DNA of 64,000 nucleotides from Octopus sinensis. Its lineage: Eukaryota. Positions 1 through 13,429 of the stretch are shown in pieces. Both the position numbers and the translations under genes were made by a program. The notes under the pieces were generated by a model. It had not been told where the DNA came from. It did no database searches and worked only from the letters and a program-made list of their open reading frames with translations. Position 1 is the stretch's first letter; each line of letters opens with the position of its first letter. The DNA lies in the NCBI RefSeq assembly GCF_006345805.1, contig NC_043006.1, positions 26,536,001-26,600,000 of the forward strand, in the 5' to 3' direction.

Positions 1-95
1 AAAGCTGATAAAATCATTCGCACTGTTATTTCTGGTACAACTTATGCGAATGTTAGTGTGAAAGTTGAAATCGTTGGTGGTGTGTGGTTTTGAAT

Positions 96-206
96 ATGAA
101 TCCAATCAATGGGACATGTGTACGATCCAAGTTGGTCATTGTCGGCGATTGTGCTTGTGGCAAAACTTCTTTGATTCATCGATATGTCAATGGAGCCTTT
201 TTAGAG
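96..206 (+). CDS. RND: Rnd/RhoE-like atypical Rho GTPase, coding exon 1
   Basis: ATG at 96 follows an in-frame TGA at 66. Encodes MNPINGTCVRSKLVIVGDCACGKTSLIHRYVNGAFLE with the G1 P-loop. GTAAG donor at 207, phase 0. Confidence 0.92.
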
Positions 207-2247
207 GTAAGTCATACATTCCTGCTCTCTCACCCACTCTCTTTTTTTTTTTTTTTTGTCACTCAACTACTCATCGACACTCCTTATCTCAACTTCTCAT
301 CGACACTCCTTATCTCTCTGGTCTCATCTGCTTTTATTTCACTTTCATCTTCCTTTCTTCCCTGCCTTTTCCTACCTTCATCACATTCTCTTTCTCTCAT
401 GTTCTTCCACATTTTCTCTACATATCTTTATAAATATATTTACCGTCATTTCCTTTTTTTAACTCGAATATTCGTCATAATTTTCTAAGTCGCAGTTGTA
501 ATATCAGCAATAGTTGTATAATTTCTTTCCACAATGATAAAATATTAGGCAATTCCGATACACCCTAAATATCACACATTGTCAAATATATTATGAATTA
601 TTCAGGTTCTAGGTAGACGTTGAATATTCATATAAGAATTTTAATTAAAGAAATATTTTCTTAATGGAAAGTAGTTTAAGATACTCTAGGTATTCGGGAT
701 ACAAGCAGCTATCGGGGTTTATCCTCCGCCCCACCTTCATCTTATAAAGTTCACGTATATAACCTAAATTTTCTGTTAGTGATGTATAACGACATAATAT
801 TATATATAAATGTTATAACAGCCAACTTTTTGAAGCTCTAAAAACCCAAAAGAAACATTTTATTTACGTGGTCGATTTGTATGTGGCCGGCCATCTGTTG
901 TAAATTCTCTTCACATAGCTTTACCTATTTTTAAACGACAAATAATATACTAAGCCCTTATAAAAACATTTCCACACACGTATACACTCGGAGATGGCTC
1001 TCACAAGAAATATTATCACGAAAGAAGTTTTTTCAATCTGCCATTGTAACTATCTTTCTTTTATTCCAACATAGATGCAATCAATAAGGTTTAATTTCTA
1101 AAAAGGCGAATGTAAGATTTGGAAATATTCGTATCTCATTGTCTTTGTAAATGTCAGGCAAACCTCTTGTAGCATGCGGAGTCTGATAAACTAACCCACA
1201 CGGCTGATAGGTACCAGTGAAAGTAGAATATTGCCTGTTGCCGTCTGGAGAACTCGCACCAGCAGCAGCGGCAGCAGCCTATGGAGGCCTGCTGAAGTGG
1301 AACACTTAAATTCATGTTGTTTGAAATAAAAGCATAGTGCATTAACAAGATCCAAGGTGAAATTGAACCAGGAACTGTACTTTATCACTAACCAATTGTT
1401 GATCATAACTTTAAATTGTTTAACAACAAAATTGAATTGCTTTCTTAAATTTTTTTGACAAATACCGTTTCAACCTACTTTATATTATATTAGTGACAAA
1501 ATTATCTTGTTTGCCGTTGTCTATGCACACGCTACTTTTGTCTGGAGTACATCATTTTCTTCAGTTTCTAAGAGAGGCAGCGAAAAAGGTGATTAGTCGG
1601 TGCTGACTTCAGGGAGCTAACCCACATAGCTACAGTCATTCATTGATCAGATTTCATATAAGCACAGTCTGTACATTTTGTGATGAAGTAGTGATGTAAA
1701 GTATAGTTTAGCAGATGTTGTAAAAATAGTTTAAAGTACGAAAGCGAATGTGTAATTTTTGTTGGAGGGCATAATGACTGAGGGAGTCATTAGCAGTGCC
1801 GATTAGAGAGGATGTCAGCAATGGTATTTACATGGGTAAAAAAAAAATACTGAATTAAAACAATTTTATTTTTATAATTGGTAATATAATTGTGTATGTG
1901 TGTATGTAACAGTCAGTAGTCAGCGAACACCTTGTGTATTCAGTGAATTTTGTGATCCCTAATGAAACACATGATTACTAGGGGGCCCAACGTGGCACTT
2001 CATGTCAGTGGACAATCCAGTCTTGGACAACTAAGAGGCTAACAGTTTGTCACCAACACTATTCACGGTTAAAACGCTTTCAAATGGACAAATCCTTAAA
2101 CTTGAAAATATCTACGGCACTGTATGAACAATTGCTGTTGGAAGCAAGCTAAAATTGACATGTGGTTTCATGAGCTTTGGTCTAAGAGGAAACTGGATCC
2201 CATTCACGTTTTAGTGAATGTTTTGTGATATATTTGTGACATTTGTA

Positions 2248-2637
2248 GGCGCAGGAGTGGCTGTGTAGTAAGTAGCTTGTTTACCAATCACATGGTTCCG
2301 TGTTCAGTCCCACTGCGTGGCACCTTGGGCAAGTGTCTTCTACTATAGCCTCGGGCCGACCAAAGCCTTGTGAGTGGATTTGGTAGACGGAAACTGAAAG
2401 AAGCCCGTCGTATATATGTATATATATATATATGCGTGTGTGTGTGTGTGTGTTTGTCCCCCTAGCATTGCTTGACAACCGATGCTGGTGTGTTTATGTC
2501 TCCGTTACTTAGCGGTTCGGCAAAAGAGACCGATAGAATAAGTACTGGGCTTACAAAAGAATAAGTCCCGGGATCGAGTTGCTCGATTAAAGGCAGTGCT
2601 CCAGCATGGCCGTAGTCAAATGACTGAAACAAGTAAA
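2248..2637 (+). mobile_element. tRNA-derived SINE, family 1 (octopus OK/OR-like), full length
   Basis: A-box-like TGGCTGTGTAG, B-box-like GTTCAGTCC, internal (TA)n(TG)n, 3' end CCAGCATGGCC...TGACTGAAACAAGTAAA. Several more copies in the window. Confidence 0.85.
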
Positions 2638-3237
2638 CAACCATACAATATCCCAGACAGACTGACATTAACATTGTTGCCTATATCATTACTGCTCAAG
2701 CCAATCAAATTGTGTGTCAGCTTGTCCATCAACTCAGACTGGTGTCAACAGATGTACCTATTTCATCACCTTTCAGAGTAATCAGCAGTTTTAAAGCAGA
2801 TGCTATATTAATAAGTGACACTGTTAAGAAATATTTATTGTAAAGGGGTGAACCAGCTGGAATTTTAGGGAGTGATTGTTGTGCAGTGCAACTCATCTCA
2901 GAGTGGTAGAGCTAATAGACTATCAGCTTGCAGTATACTGGTCAACATAGCTAAAATAACAGTAGTCACAGTGTTTGTGGTTGTGGTAGTAATGGACAGC
3001 AGCCAATGATTTCATAAACCTATTATGAAATCATCAATTCAGATTTTATTGGTAACTCAGATATCTCTATGGAGATGAGTAACCAGTTCCACTCACATGC
3101 ATTCAACTTTGCAGATTTATGATAAAACTTATATAAGAACTATTGTGAGCTTATCATAGTGTCTTTTATCAACAACTCAAATACCCAATCTTTTTATGGT
3201 CATATGTTTCTAACTAGTATATGTGCATGCATATATA

Positions 3238-4803
3238 CAAGGTGTGTAAGGTATCTGAGGACAGTTATATACTTACACAAAAATGACTCTTAAAAACAGA
3301 CAATAATGCCTTTTTACTGAAAAGGTTTTGTGGATAAGAATAAACATACTGTTTTGTCATTTTTATTCAATAAAGTCTCCTTCAGCTTCAATCACGGCTT
3401 CTATGCAAGGTCTAAATCACCTACATGCTAGGATCAAGTGGTCTGTGTTCATATTGGACATTACTCTGACTATGGAAGCTTTTAGGGATTCTTTGGTGTT
3501 ATGAGGGTGCTCATTAACCTTTTTCTCAACTACACTCCATACATAGTAGTCCAATAGATTGAGAGCTGGGAGGCCAAATGTTGGGGGTTATGTGGTCATG
3601 AAAATTTTCCGCATTGCTGTAGCCTTGAGTGATGGTGCTGAGTCTTGTTGAAACACGTAAGGTCTTCCATTGTGTACATTATCGATCCATGGCTTAGCTT
3701 TATTCAGAACATCTATGTAGGCAGCAGAGTTTACTTGAAGACCTTGTGGAAAGAAGTGAAGCAGCATCACATGTCTTTCATTGCTGACAACCCCCAAAAC
3801 CATGACAGTTGCAGGAAATTCTGTTTGCGTTACTCTTGGAACTTCCGAAGGGTCTGCACATAGCCATCTGTCATTTCTTCTGTTTACATTCTGATCTCGA
3901 TCAAAGTTTTTTTCGTCTGATAAGAGAACCAAATGACATCTTTCTCTGCTGGGTTTTTTAAGTTTGTTCAGGGGTCTTTTAGATCTAATTAAGCAATTTT
4001 ACTGCTTCTGACATGAAATGACCTTTTCTCATCACATAAGATTTGTATCTGATGTCTTTCATCATCATCATCATCATCATTTAGCGTCCGTTTTCCATGC
4101 TAGCATGGTTGGACGTTTTACTGGGTCTGTGACCAGAAGGCTTCATCAGGCCCAGTCAAATCTGTCATTGTTTCTACGGCTATGCCCTTCCTAACGCCAA
4201 CCACTCCGTGAGTGTAGTGGGTGCTTTTTACGTGCACCCGCACTGGTGCCAGACAGAGCTGGCAAACGGCCACGACGGTGGTGTTTTTATGTGCCAAGGC
4301 ACGAGGGCCAGGCGAGCCTGGCAACGGACACAAAACGGGGCGGTGCTGGCAACGGTCGCGAAACGGAAAGTTCTCTTACATGCCACCGGCACAACATTTC
4401 GGATTGTTCCTTCTGACACATGGTCTTCTTTTGCAATCAACCTCATGGATCTTCTGGGATTGTCATCAATGGTCTACTTTATTTGTTGAGTAAATTCTGG
4501 TGTTTTAATAGTATCAGTATGTCTACAATGTTTCTTACATTTTGATACTGGCAATACATTTCCGTCTTTAGCCTCTAACTCCTTGTGAATTTTGTAGACG
4601 AAGGATCTAGCGACTTTTATAAATCGTGCTGTTTCTAAATTGCTATGTTCAGCCTTTATAGCCACAATGACTGCATGCCTCTTCATTTCTTGTGTAATCA
4701 TAGGGTCTGCCATTGATAATTCTGAAATATAGAAAATATTAAGTTGATAAATATGCTGATATAGTAAAATTAGTATATGTCCTCAAATACCTTACGCACC
4801 CTG
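3238..4803 (-). mobile_element. Tc1/mariner superfamily transposon (maT/DD37D-like), inactive
   Basis: 26-bp TIRs (CAAGGTGTGTAAGGTATCTGAGGACA / CAGGGTGCGTAAGGTATTTGAGGACA) with TA on both sides. Transposase pieces include MADPMITQEMKRHAV.., LSDEKNF, FPATVMVLGVVS, RPYVFQQDSAP, LNLLDYYVWSVVE. Frameshifts, stops and an RTE insertion. Confidence 0.88.
4060..4392 (-). mobile_element. RTE LINE 3' end nested in the maT transposase
   Basis: Reverse complement of the RTE 3' UTR seen at 48870-49214, with (ATG)n tail. Splits the transposase between ..TIRNVV and the downstream part. Confidence 0.85.
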
Positions 4804-5469
4804 TATATATGTAATATGTGTGTAAATGTGTATATTTATATATATGTGTATATGTATGTATATATAAATTTAATGCACAATATATGAATTTATATAATCT
4901 GGTGGTAATCACAATCGCTCTTTAATGGACCAGGCTACAAACCACATAGTAAACCAATACGTAGGAGTGTATACAATCAGTGAAGATTATATCATGAGGA
5001 GTATATAGAATATGAAGAAAGTCAGGAGGTATGAGATACTGCAAATATATTTATTTCACCAGCTGATATCCATAGAATGATGATCATTTTGCAGCCAGCA
5101 TCAGGTGCTCTGGAAAATTTTGTCAAAAGTTGGTCTCCCTGATAAAATGATAAGGGTAATAGTATCTTTGCATGAAGGGATGATAGCAACAGTGATCTCT
5201 AACAGTCAATGTTCAGAAGCATTTTCTGTTGCCACTGGAACCAAATAGGGCTGTGCTTTAGCTCATGTACTTTTTTCCATATTCTTTTCGCTGATGCTCC
5301 AACATGCTTTTAGGAATTATCATGAAGGTGTAAAACTTCATTTTTGCACAGAAGGAAGTCAACAAAAAAAAAAATGGGCCAAGTTTCAGATCAAAGAAAA
5401 AAACTAAGAAAGAGATTCTGTGTGATTTTCTATTTGCTTATGATTGCGTTTTGATTTCTCATACATTTG

Positions 5470-6150
5470 AGGGGATTCAAAAACAGTCAACAGTCAATGG
5501 GTTCAGAAACAGTTAACAGGTTTACCACAGCATTTGGACTGACTATCAGCATCAAGAAAACAGATGTTTTATTTCAACTAAAGTCTGAGGCAGAGCATTC
5601 AAAAAATTCAAATGTGATTATTCGACAATAAGCCACTCAAATGGGTCAGGTCATTTAAATATTTTGGAAGTACAGTACTCTTGATGATGAAATCAATGTT
5701 AGAATATCAAAGGTTACAAGTCCTTTTGGGAAATTTTCCCGTTGTTTGTGGGATGAATAGAGTGTAAGTCTAAAAACTAAAATAAATGTATTTTGAGCAC
5801 ACTTTTGTGTGGAGCAGAAGCATGGACTCCCTACTACAAACATATAAAGAAGTAGGAAAATCTTTCAGATGTCCCATCTGCACAATATCTGCAACATAAA
5901 CGGCATGATAAGACATCAAATGCCAAAATCTTAGAAAAATGTGATATCTCCAGTATCAAAAGCATGCTGCTGAGAATTCAGTGCAGAGGGTGGGACATGT
6001 TCAAATGAAAGGTGATTGCATACTGAAAATTCTTTTGTATGGCCAACAAGTAGAAGGATACTGTGGTAAAAGAAGACCTGTCATTAGGTATAAGGATAAG
6101 TTGGAGTAACCACTAAAATCTCTAGAGCTTAATTCAACATCTTGGGAAAG
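5470..6150 (+). mobile_element. Old degenerate RTE-type LINE RT remnant
   Basis: Translated pieces FTTAFGLTISIKKTDV and GHVQM..ILKILLYG..RRPVIRYKD resemble the RTE RT C-terminus. Confidence 0.45.
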
Positions 6151-7487
6151 TTATTGCCTCTGCAGGACAATCTACTGAGGGCTACAGATGACATTGGTGC
6201 TGAGTCTCAGCTAGGCCAAGATTGACATGGTGGTGGAAATAGGAGGTAGACAGTGCTATAAAAGCAAAGAGACAGGCCTGAAAAGACTGGGAAAATGGTG
6301 GAAGCAGAACAATTATTTCATAAACAGAACAATTATTTCTTGCTGCTTCCATTCTCAAGATCCCCTTTTGAATTCATAAAGCATGCAGCATTGGATCTGA
6401 TTTAAACTCATTTTAAAAGGGTAAAATCAATATGAATAGCCTTTTGCTATAGTATAAAGTAATCTTCAAAGGAGGAAAAAAAAAGACGTTAGAAAGTAAA
6501 AATTAATGCTTATTTCACCTAAGTATTAAAAAAATACTCTCAAAGTGATCATGTCAAATATGCAACAGGACTTTTTTCGTACGTATGTATGTGTGTGTGT
6601 ACACAAATATATGTATGTATATGTGTATGCATATATGTATACATGTATGTATGTATATCTATCTATTTACACACACGTATATATTTCTATACAACATATT
6701 TAATGTATGTGTATAATGGAAATGCTAGAAGTGGTGGTTTTCATCTGGGAACAAATCACTGTGTGGACTTTATGTGTTAAGAAACAATATATTCCAGCAT
6801 TAAAACACTGAAATACATATTTGTCATTCTTGTGATTTCTGGAGTGATTTTGTCTTCTCTAGTTCTAAAGTATATTGTGTATTTTAACACAATATGTCTA
6901 TAAAGGGATTTTTCCCTGATTAAAGCCACAGCTAGCATTCTAACTACTTATATACATGTTAAGTATGTTGTGTTGATAGAGGTTTTACTACAAAGCTGTT
7001 TCCATTGTATAGTTGAAATTTATTCTGCTTATGTGGTGCCTTTTTAAACCAGTGTATAGTTTATACACTATCTGTTTATACTTCAGACCAGTTAATTTGA
7101 TATTCTTCTTGAAATGACACAAGTACCTGACATTGATTAGCTGTAATAATAGTGAAATGCAATATCTGTCACTCTCTTGGCAAATTCGAAAATAAAATAT
7201 TTATATGTCTGATTCATTCAAACAGTTTTTTCCTGTAGAAAGCATAGCTCTGCTCTTTTGTATATTTTGTCACTGTTAATAGTTTCTACTTATATGTGTA
7301 TTTGTAATTTTAACCTCCTTAATCAGTAATTTGAATTCCTTTCCCCTCCCCAAAATAAATCCCCCAACCTCTCCAAAAAATGAGTTGAAGTGAGGAAAGA
7401 GGGCATACATGAGATACTTTGCCACAAATTCATCAGACAAAGTAATGTTTTTACAAAAATAATGCGTTTTCCATTTATTATTTTCAG

Positions 7488-7578
7488 ACATATGCTCCGA
7501 CTGGTTTCAATACCTATAATGCTACATATGATGTATCTGATACATATAAAATTGAAATGTCCGTTTGGGATACTTCAG
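7488..7578 (+). CDS. RND: Rnd/RhoE-like GTPase, coding exon 2 (switch I to G3)
   Basis: TTTTCAG acceptor. Encodes TYAPTGFNTYNATYDVSDTYKIEMSVWDTS-G. GT donor at 7579. 91 nt, phase 1, in frame with exons 1 and 3. Confidence 0.92.
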
Positions 7579-8855
7579 GTGTGTAATTCTTTTTTTTTTT
7601 TTATTTACTTGTGTTAGAGTTCACAATTCCTATATTCCTATCAAAATTAAATTTGTGTAATGATGATGTCTAAAATTTAAAAAAAAAACCATCCTATCTT
7701 TCATCATCATCATTGTTTAAAGTCCGCTGAACCTGGAAACGTGGTTGGGAAGCAAGCTTCTTACCACAGCCACACCTGCGGTCTAAAGATTTTTCTTATG
7801 CTGTTGGCTATCCAGGATATGTTTATTTGTTAAGGCCAGGAATTTTCTACTTGTGTTTGTCTTAACATTCATGGAGAAAGGGTGGGGCAATCCATAGGGA
7901 TCTATTTTTAAGCTTCAGTCTTTTTACAGTTAGTGGTTCTTAAATGGGGTCCATGTAAGATTTTGTTGTTAAAGTTTACGTGCAATAAATTGGTTGTACC
8001 TCTGCAATTGACAAAATATTAAATTTTTTTTATATAATACCTAATATTTAATGATAAAAAAAAAACAGTAAGACATCAAATAGCTATAGGAATCCAGTAG
8101 AGGGGTCCATAAGCAAAACATCCTCTCTTTGTAGTTTCTGTTGGCCTGGGCATTATTATATCAATAGTAGTGGTGGGGGTTACCTTATCAAATATATCGT
8201 TACCAGTATTTTTCAGTTAATGGGTCCAAGGGAAAGAACTAGTCTCCCTTTTCCTTCAAGCTCTCTTTTTTTATTTTTTTATTTTTCAAGGAATAGCCGT
8301 GTTTATTTTTGGAGCTGAACAATTGCAGGATAGTACACCACACACTATACAAGCCTGTCCGTTTATTTATACTATCTGAGCATGAAACTAATAGTAGCTC
8401 ACGTCTAAATCTTGTGTTTAATGAATGATATATATTTATGTCGTTGCTATTATGTTAAACTGTTGTATGTTCAAATTTGGCCAAATGCATTTTTTTTTTT
8501 CAATATTTAATTTTGCTTGCAATTGCTGGTCCTGTTTCAGATGCCAGGATATGAAAATTGTCAAAGTGTTGTACAACAGTTTAACATTTTTCAAAAGTGT
8601 AGTAAGTCCCACATACAACAGTTGCAAAAATACTTCTGACTGAAAATATCATACATGAGTTACAATTTTATGCACCCAGCAAAGTTTATTATTAAGCTGA
8701 AACTGTTGCTCATGTAAAAAGAAATGGAATGGTGAAAATATTTTTTCATTTTCTGAAAAAGCAATGTTTTGGACTTAGGACACTTTTGCATAATAGCAAC
8801 GATATATATCATCATCATCATCATCATCATATATATATATATATATATTTGAATG

Positions 8856-8886
<31 letters not shown>

Positions 8887-9677
8887 GCATTCATGTATTG
8901 GCTTGAAGTTCGACACTACCCCCTACTCTTCTCCCCTCATCGAACCCATCCTCTGCACTTCTGGCCTCCTCATCCATGCTACCATCTGTTCCACCTGCTC
9001 CTGCATTCACTCCCTTGATCACCAACTCCTGCAAGCTTACCTTCTCCTTTCCACCCTTCGCCCTCCACCCTTCACCCAATCTATTCTCTGCTTCCTTCTA
9101 GGTCTCAACCACCAACTCTTCAATTTCCTCACACGCACTAAAAACTGAAAATTCCACTTCCTCCGACACCCCTCCCCCCACCCTCTGTTTATTACAATAT
9201 AGTGTTATGATAGTGGCTTTAATAGAATGATAAATGTATTTAATAAATATCAAGATAAAAAGTAAGCTAAAAAAATAAAGGTAAACAAAATGTCTTCAAA
9301 TAGTATGATTATACTTGGAGATGCTTGAACTGAATAAATTCATTCCTTACATGAGAATTTGTAGTGCAGAGTTTTGATATATGGAGTGCATTATATAAAT
9401 TCAAAAGTGATAACTGTGAGTTTAATCTACATTTAAGTACATTATACTTACATTTAAGGACCTGTTGTGCTCCATAGAACATGAGTTGCAACTACCCCTA
9501 CCCACTTTGTTTAGAAATGCAGTATGTATGATTGGTGACGATATATTGATCACAATATTAAATAATTGCTTTGGTGGACCAGTAGGCATGGGTATTGAGA
9601 AGTAGTAATACAACACATAGGTGGGGGTTTCAAATCTCTTCCAGAACTTACAAGAGATCTAGTTAAAAAAAAAATTA

Positions 9678-9724
9678 ATGGCAGTGCCCCAGCATGGCCA
9701 CGGCTCATGAGCTGAAACTAGATA
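9678..9724 (+). mobile_element. Isolated 3' terminal fragment of the CR1/L2-type LINE (or its partner SINE)
   Basis: ATGGCAGTGCCCCAGCATGGCCACGGCTCATGAGCTGAAACTAGA matches the LINE ends at about 59745-59789 and 62285-62329. Confidence 0.55.
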
Positions 9725-9899
9725 AAATAAATAACTAGTATTCTTTAATGTAAGTCCCAAATAAATTAAGCTAATAAGGTGTCAAGTGCTTGTTTATATC
9801 CTTAAATTTAGATGCTACTGCATCTAAATTTAAATTTGGATGCAGCAGTGCCCATATAGCGATGTCCTTTATCTGGTGTTGTTATTGAACTAATATATA

Positions 9900-10210
9900 C
9901 TATATTAGTTCAAAGACATTGGGTTATTTAAAGGACATTTAGTAGGATTTACAATTACATTTATTATTAGGGATATTAGTTGAAGAGTTATTGTTTATTG
10001 AATTAGTATTATTGTTACCATTAGAAGGGGACATAATTATCGTATTTTCTATACTAGATTTAGATATAATATTCACAGAGGATGTAGGGTTGCAATTATT
10101 ACTTGGATAATTAGAGGCATGTTCCCTAATACTAATCCTGTTAAATTTCTTATTGTTAGTTATAACTATGTTATTGGCTAGATTTGGTGAGGTAGAACAT
10201 GCAAGTTTCA
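9900..10210 (-). mobile_element. Penelope-like element fragment (Asn-rich linker leading into Cys motif)
   Basis: Asn-rich ORF ending NNKCNCKSY, similar to the linker/CNC start of the other PLE copies. Confidence 0.4.
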
Positions 10211-11237
10211 TTCTATATCTATTATTATATATATAAACATGTGTGAGTGTATCTATCTATGTATATATTCTTCCAGTATTGCATCACACTCAGATTGTAA
10301 TGGCCATTCTTGCTCTCTGACTTTGCCATGACTTGGGTAGAGGCAATGGAGAGGTTGTGTCATAAATTTGTGCGGAGGCGACTGGGCATTTCCTCAATTT
10401 TCAGCTCAATTAATTCAGTCTGTGCACCAAGACCTCGAAGCCCTGGCAGCCAATTTCATCATTGGTGGAGGAATTTAGAACCGTCAAGGCTAAAGCAGTC
10501 TGACTGAATATTACTTTTATCTGAGGTTGAGAATGTCTGACACACCAACAAGACCATAAAGTGTGACAAGTGGAGAACCCTGGAAGTTGTGAAGGCAGCA
10601 GAAATGTACTGAGAGTACCAGGATAGCCCTTCAGAAGAAAAATGATAGAGGAGAGTAAATGAATAAAAACAAACAAGAGGTTTTTTGGAGTGTATGTATG
10701 TGAGTAGAGGTGTACAAGTGTGGGAGTATAGTGGCATGGGATAGTGGGGGTGATGGTGTATAAGTGTTATCATTGTGTGTGTGAGAAATGCATGGAAGTG
10801 GGGGTGGTGGCAACAGGTGTGAAATGAAATGGAAGGTAAGAGGAATGGGGATGGTGTGGTAGAAGGTCCATATGTGTAAGGATATGGTTATGAGATACTG
10901 TCGTTAGAGAAGTGAAAGACAAGACGAAAAGTAAATACAATGTAAAAAAGAAAGGAAATAAGTTTTGTGTTTAAGTGAGTGAAATGAAAATTAGTGGGGT
11001 ACATGGAGGGGCTATATATATATATATATATGATTCAAAATGTGACCGCGTGTGTACCGTTGGCGATTTTTTTTTTTTCCTCTGTCTTCCCTTCTCTGGA
11101 TCTTTCCTTTTCCTATGTTTCTGACGAAGAGCTCCGCTCGAAACATAAAATCCTCCTTCTTCCCTTCCTTCCTGAACGTCCAATAATACTATATTTGTTC
11201 CACATCCTCGCGTTGTTGTGTTTTCATGTTTGGATTA

Positions 11238-11291
<54 letters not shown>

Positions 11292-11444
11292 CATATACAT
11301 ACGCATACACCTATGTTTTTACTGATAAATATTTTCTCAATTAGTTTAAATTCAATTAAGAATTTTAGAATTTTGAAAATATCTAATGCTGTTATATATA
11401 TGTGTATAATTTTATGACCACTTATTCTTGTTTTTTTATTGCAG

Positions 11445-11554
11445 GGGATGGAGGATATGACAGGGTACGCCCTTTATCATATGCTGAAGCAGATCTAGTA
11501 ATTATATGCTTTTCAGTCGCAGATCCAGATTCACTAGAACATGTCATGTCAAAG
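11445..11554 (+). CDS. RND: Rnd/RhoE-like GTPase, coding exon 3 (switch II)
   Basis: Polypyrimidine + GCAG acceptor. Encodes (G)DGGYDRVRPLSYAEADLVIICFSVADPDSLEHVMSK. GTGAG donor at 11555. Confidence 0.93.
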
Positions 11555-11979
11555 GTGAGTTAAACAATGGTTTATAATATGTCACCTCAACCCAGCTATT
11601 ATCAACATAACCATCTTTAACACCTGTCTGAGATGAGTTATTCATAATGATTATAATTTTTCAGGTTATTAATCTCTATAAATTATATATTTCATCTAAA
11701 CACCATGTGAAGGATAATTTATAATAACGGTCTCATTGTTTTTCAATAACAGAATGAGAAAATATATTCTGTACTTGAGATAAATTAATTTACCTGTGAC
11801 AGCTTATTCATATTATAAAATTATAACATAATGCAAACTTCAAAGTCAACTGAAAGAATAAATTACAAAAGTTTGGTAAATATATTGATTATAGAAATGA
11901 ACATGGCATTCTACAAATTTTGATAGTTAAGTATATATATGCACACACGCACATGCACCACACATACATATTGGGGAAG

Positions 11980-12329
11980 AAGATAGAATACTAGCCATAG
12001 ATGAGGTGGACACAAACTCAGCTGTTGCCCTGATGCTTTCCCAGCAATCCTCCTCAAATCATGCAAACGTGCCCTGGTAAAACTACTACAGATTCTCTTC
12101 CAGAGTTTTCTTGCAAATGGCAGGCTGCCAAGCAAACTGAAGGATGGAATAATATGCCCAATCCATAAAGGAGGAAGCAGAGCAGATGCCAAAAATTATA
12201 GGCCTATCTCTCTGACTTCACACATCAGCAAAGTCATGGAACAAATAGAGGAAACTAACTGCATTTGTTGAAGAAAGCGACTTGCTGAGTGATACCCAGC
12301 ATGGTTTTTGACCAGGTAGGAGCTGCCTC
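11980..12329 (+). mobile_element. CR1/L2-type LINE RT fragment
   Basis: ..LPSKLKDGIICPIHKGGSRADAKNYRPISLTSHISKVME..TQHGF. Homologous to 60680-61020. Confidence 0.8.
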
Positions 12330-12599
12330 TCTGTATAGATATATAAACCATGCTAGCATGGAAAGCGGACGCTAAATGATGATGATGATAACGTTAAGTA
12401 TGTTTTAAAATGTATGGGCTATTTACAGAGTGCTTATAGAGAGCCAATGTGAGAAAATACAGAGTAGAGAAAATTGAAAATGCAAATCATATTCCCCTAA
12501 TGAATATGATTTGCATTTTCAAACAGATTCCCCTAATGAAATTAAGGGTATAGCTAAGAATAAGGAAACAATAGTGCAACTAATAATGCTTTAGAAGTA

Positions 12600-12900
12600 G
12601 CACTACATACTAATGGAAATAAACTATTGACCCCAAATACTAATGTAACAAATAATAATAATCAAACTCTAATGAATTTAAAATCAGGTCCCATATCCCA
12701 ATCAAATGATATTAATAATGCTGGCTATATAAATAAGAACATTAATAGTAGGTTGCCACTGAATAAAATTTGTAACTGCAGAGCTCCCAAAACCTGTCCA
12801 CTTGCAGGATCATGTCTTCGATATAGTGTTGTGTATAAATGTATAGTTAGCATACCCAATAGACAAAACAAGATATATTTAGGTAGTACGATAGATTTGT
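12600..12900 (+). mobile_element. Penelope-like element GIY-YIG fragment
   Basis: Asn-rich linker then CNCRAPKTCPLAGSCLRYSVVYKC..KIYLGST (Cys motif + GIY-YIG). Confidence 0.75.
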
Positions 12901-12902
12901 AG

Positions 12903-13235
12903 GGGTGCTTTTAAGTGCCACCGGCATGAGGGCTAGTCAAGCAGTACTGGCAACGACCACACTCAAAAGGTGTTTTTTACATGCCACCTGCGTGGGAGCC
13001 AGTCAGGTGGGACTGGCAATGACCATGCTCGAATGTTATTTTTCATGTGCCACTGGCACGAATGCCAGTAAGGCGATGCTGGCAACGATCATGCTTGAAT
13101 GGTGCTTTTTACGTGCCACTGGTTCTAGTGCCAATCAGGTGGTACTATCATGGGCCACATCAGCAATTTTGATTTTACTTGCCTCAACAGGTCTTCACAA
13201 GCAAACATTATTGTCCAATGAATGAAGGGTACTCA
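12903..13235 (-). mobile_element. RTE-related 3' UTR repeat array, divergent
   Basis: Four degenerate units containing the reverse complement of GTGGCACGTAAAAGCACC. Confidence 0.55.
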
Positions 13236-13256
13236 TAAGTGGCATAGGTTATGGGT

Positions 13257-13288
<32 letters not shown>

Positions 13289-13429
13289 CCAAGAAAGTTA
13301 GAGGTTGTGAATCCAACCCACTCAGGGATAATATCTATCCAATATACTGCTGGTAGAATACCCAATTATTAATACACAAGTGTTTTTTATTGCATTGCAA
13401 TTACATTACCTAGGGACAAAAATTCAAAA

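Noticed and set aside
264-315. 26-bp tandem duplication just inside intron 1
   Set aside because: Real but ordinary slippage duplication; it does not touch the donor site.
2248-2330. tRNA-like A/B boxes in SINE heads
   Set aside because: No complete cloverleaf or acceptor stem; they continue into SINE bodies, so they are not tRNA genes.
8729-9148. 139-aa ORF with a poly-His run
   Set aside because: The His run is a (CAT)n microsatellite followed by (TA)n; no recognisable domain.
8900-9185. Pyrimidine/purine-skewed tracts (also about 10640-10960 and 27440-27750)
   Set aside because: They look like old repeat remnants. I could not assign a family, and found no mirror symmetry strong enough to claim H-DNA.
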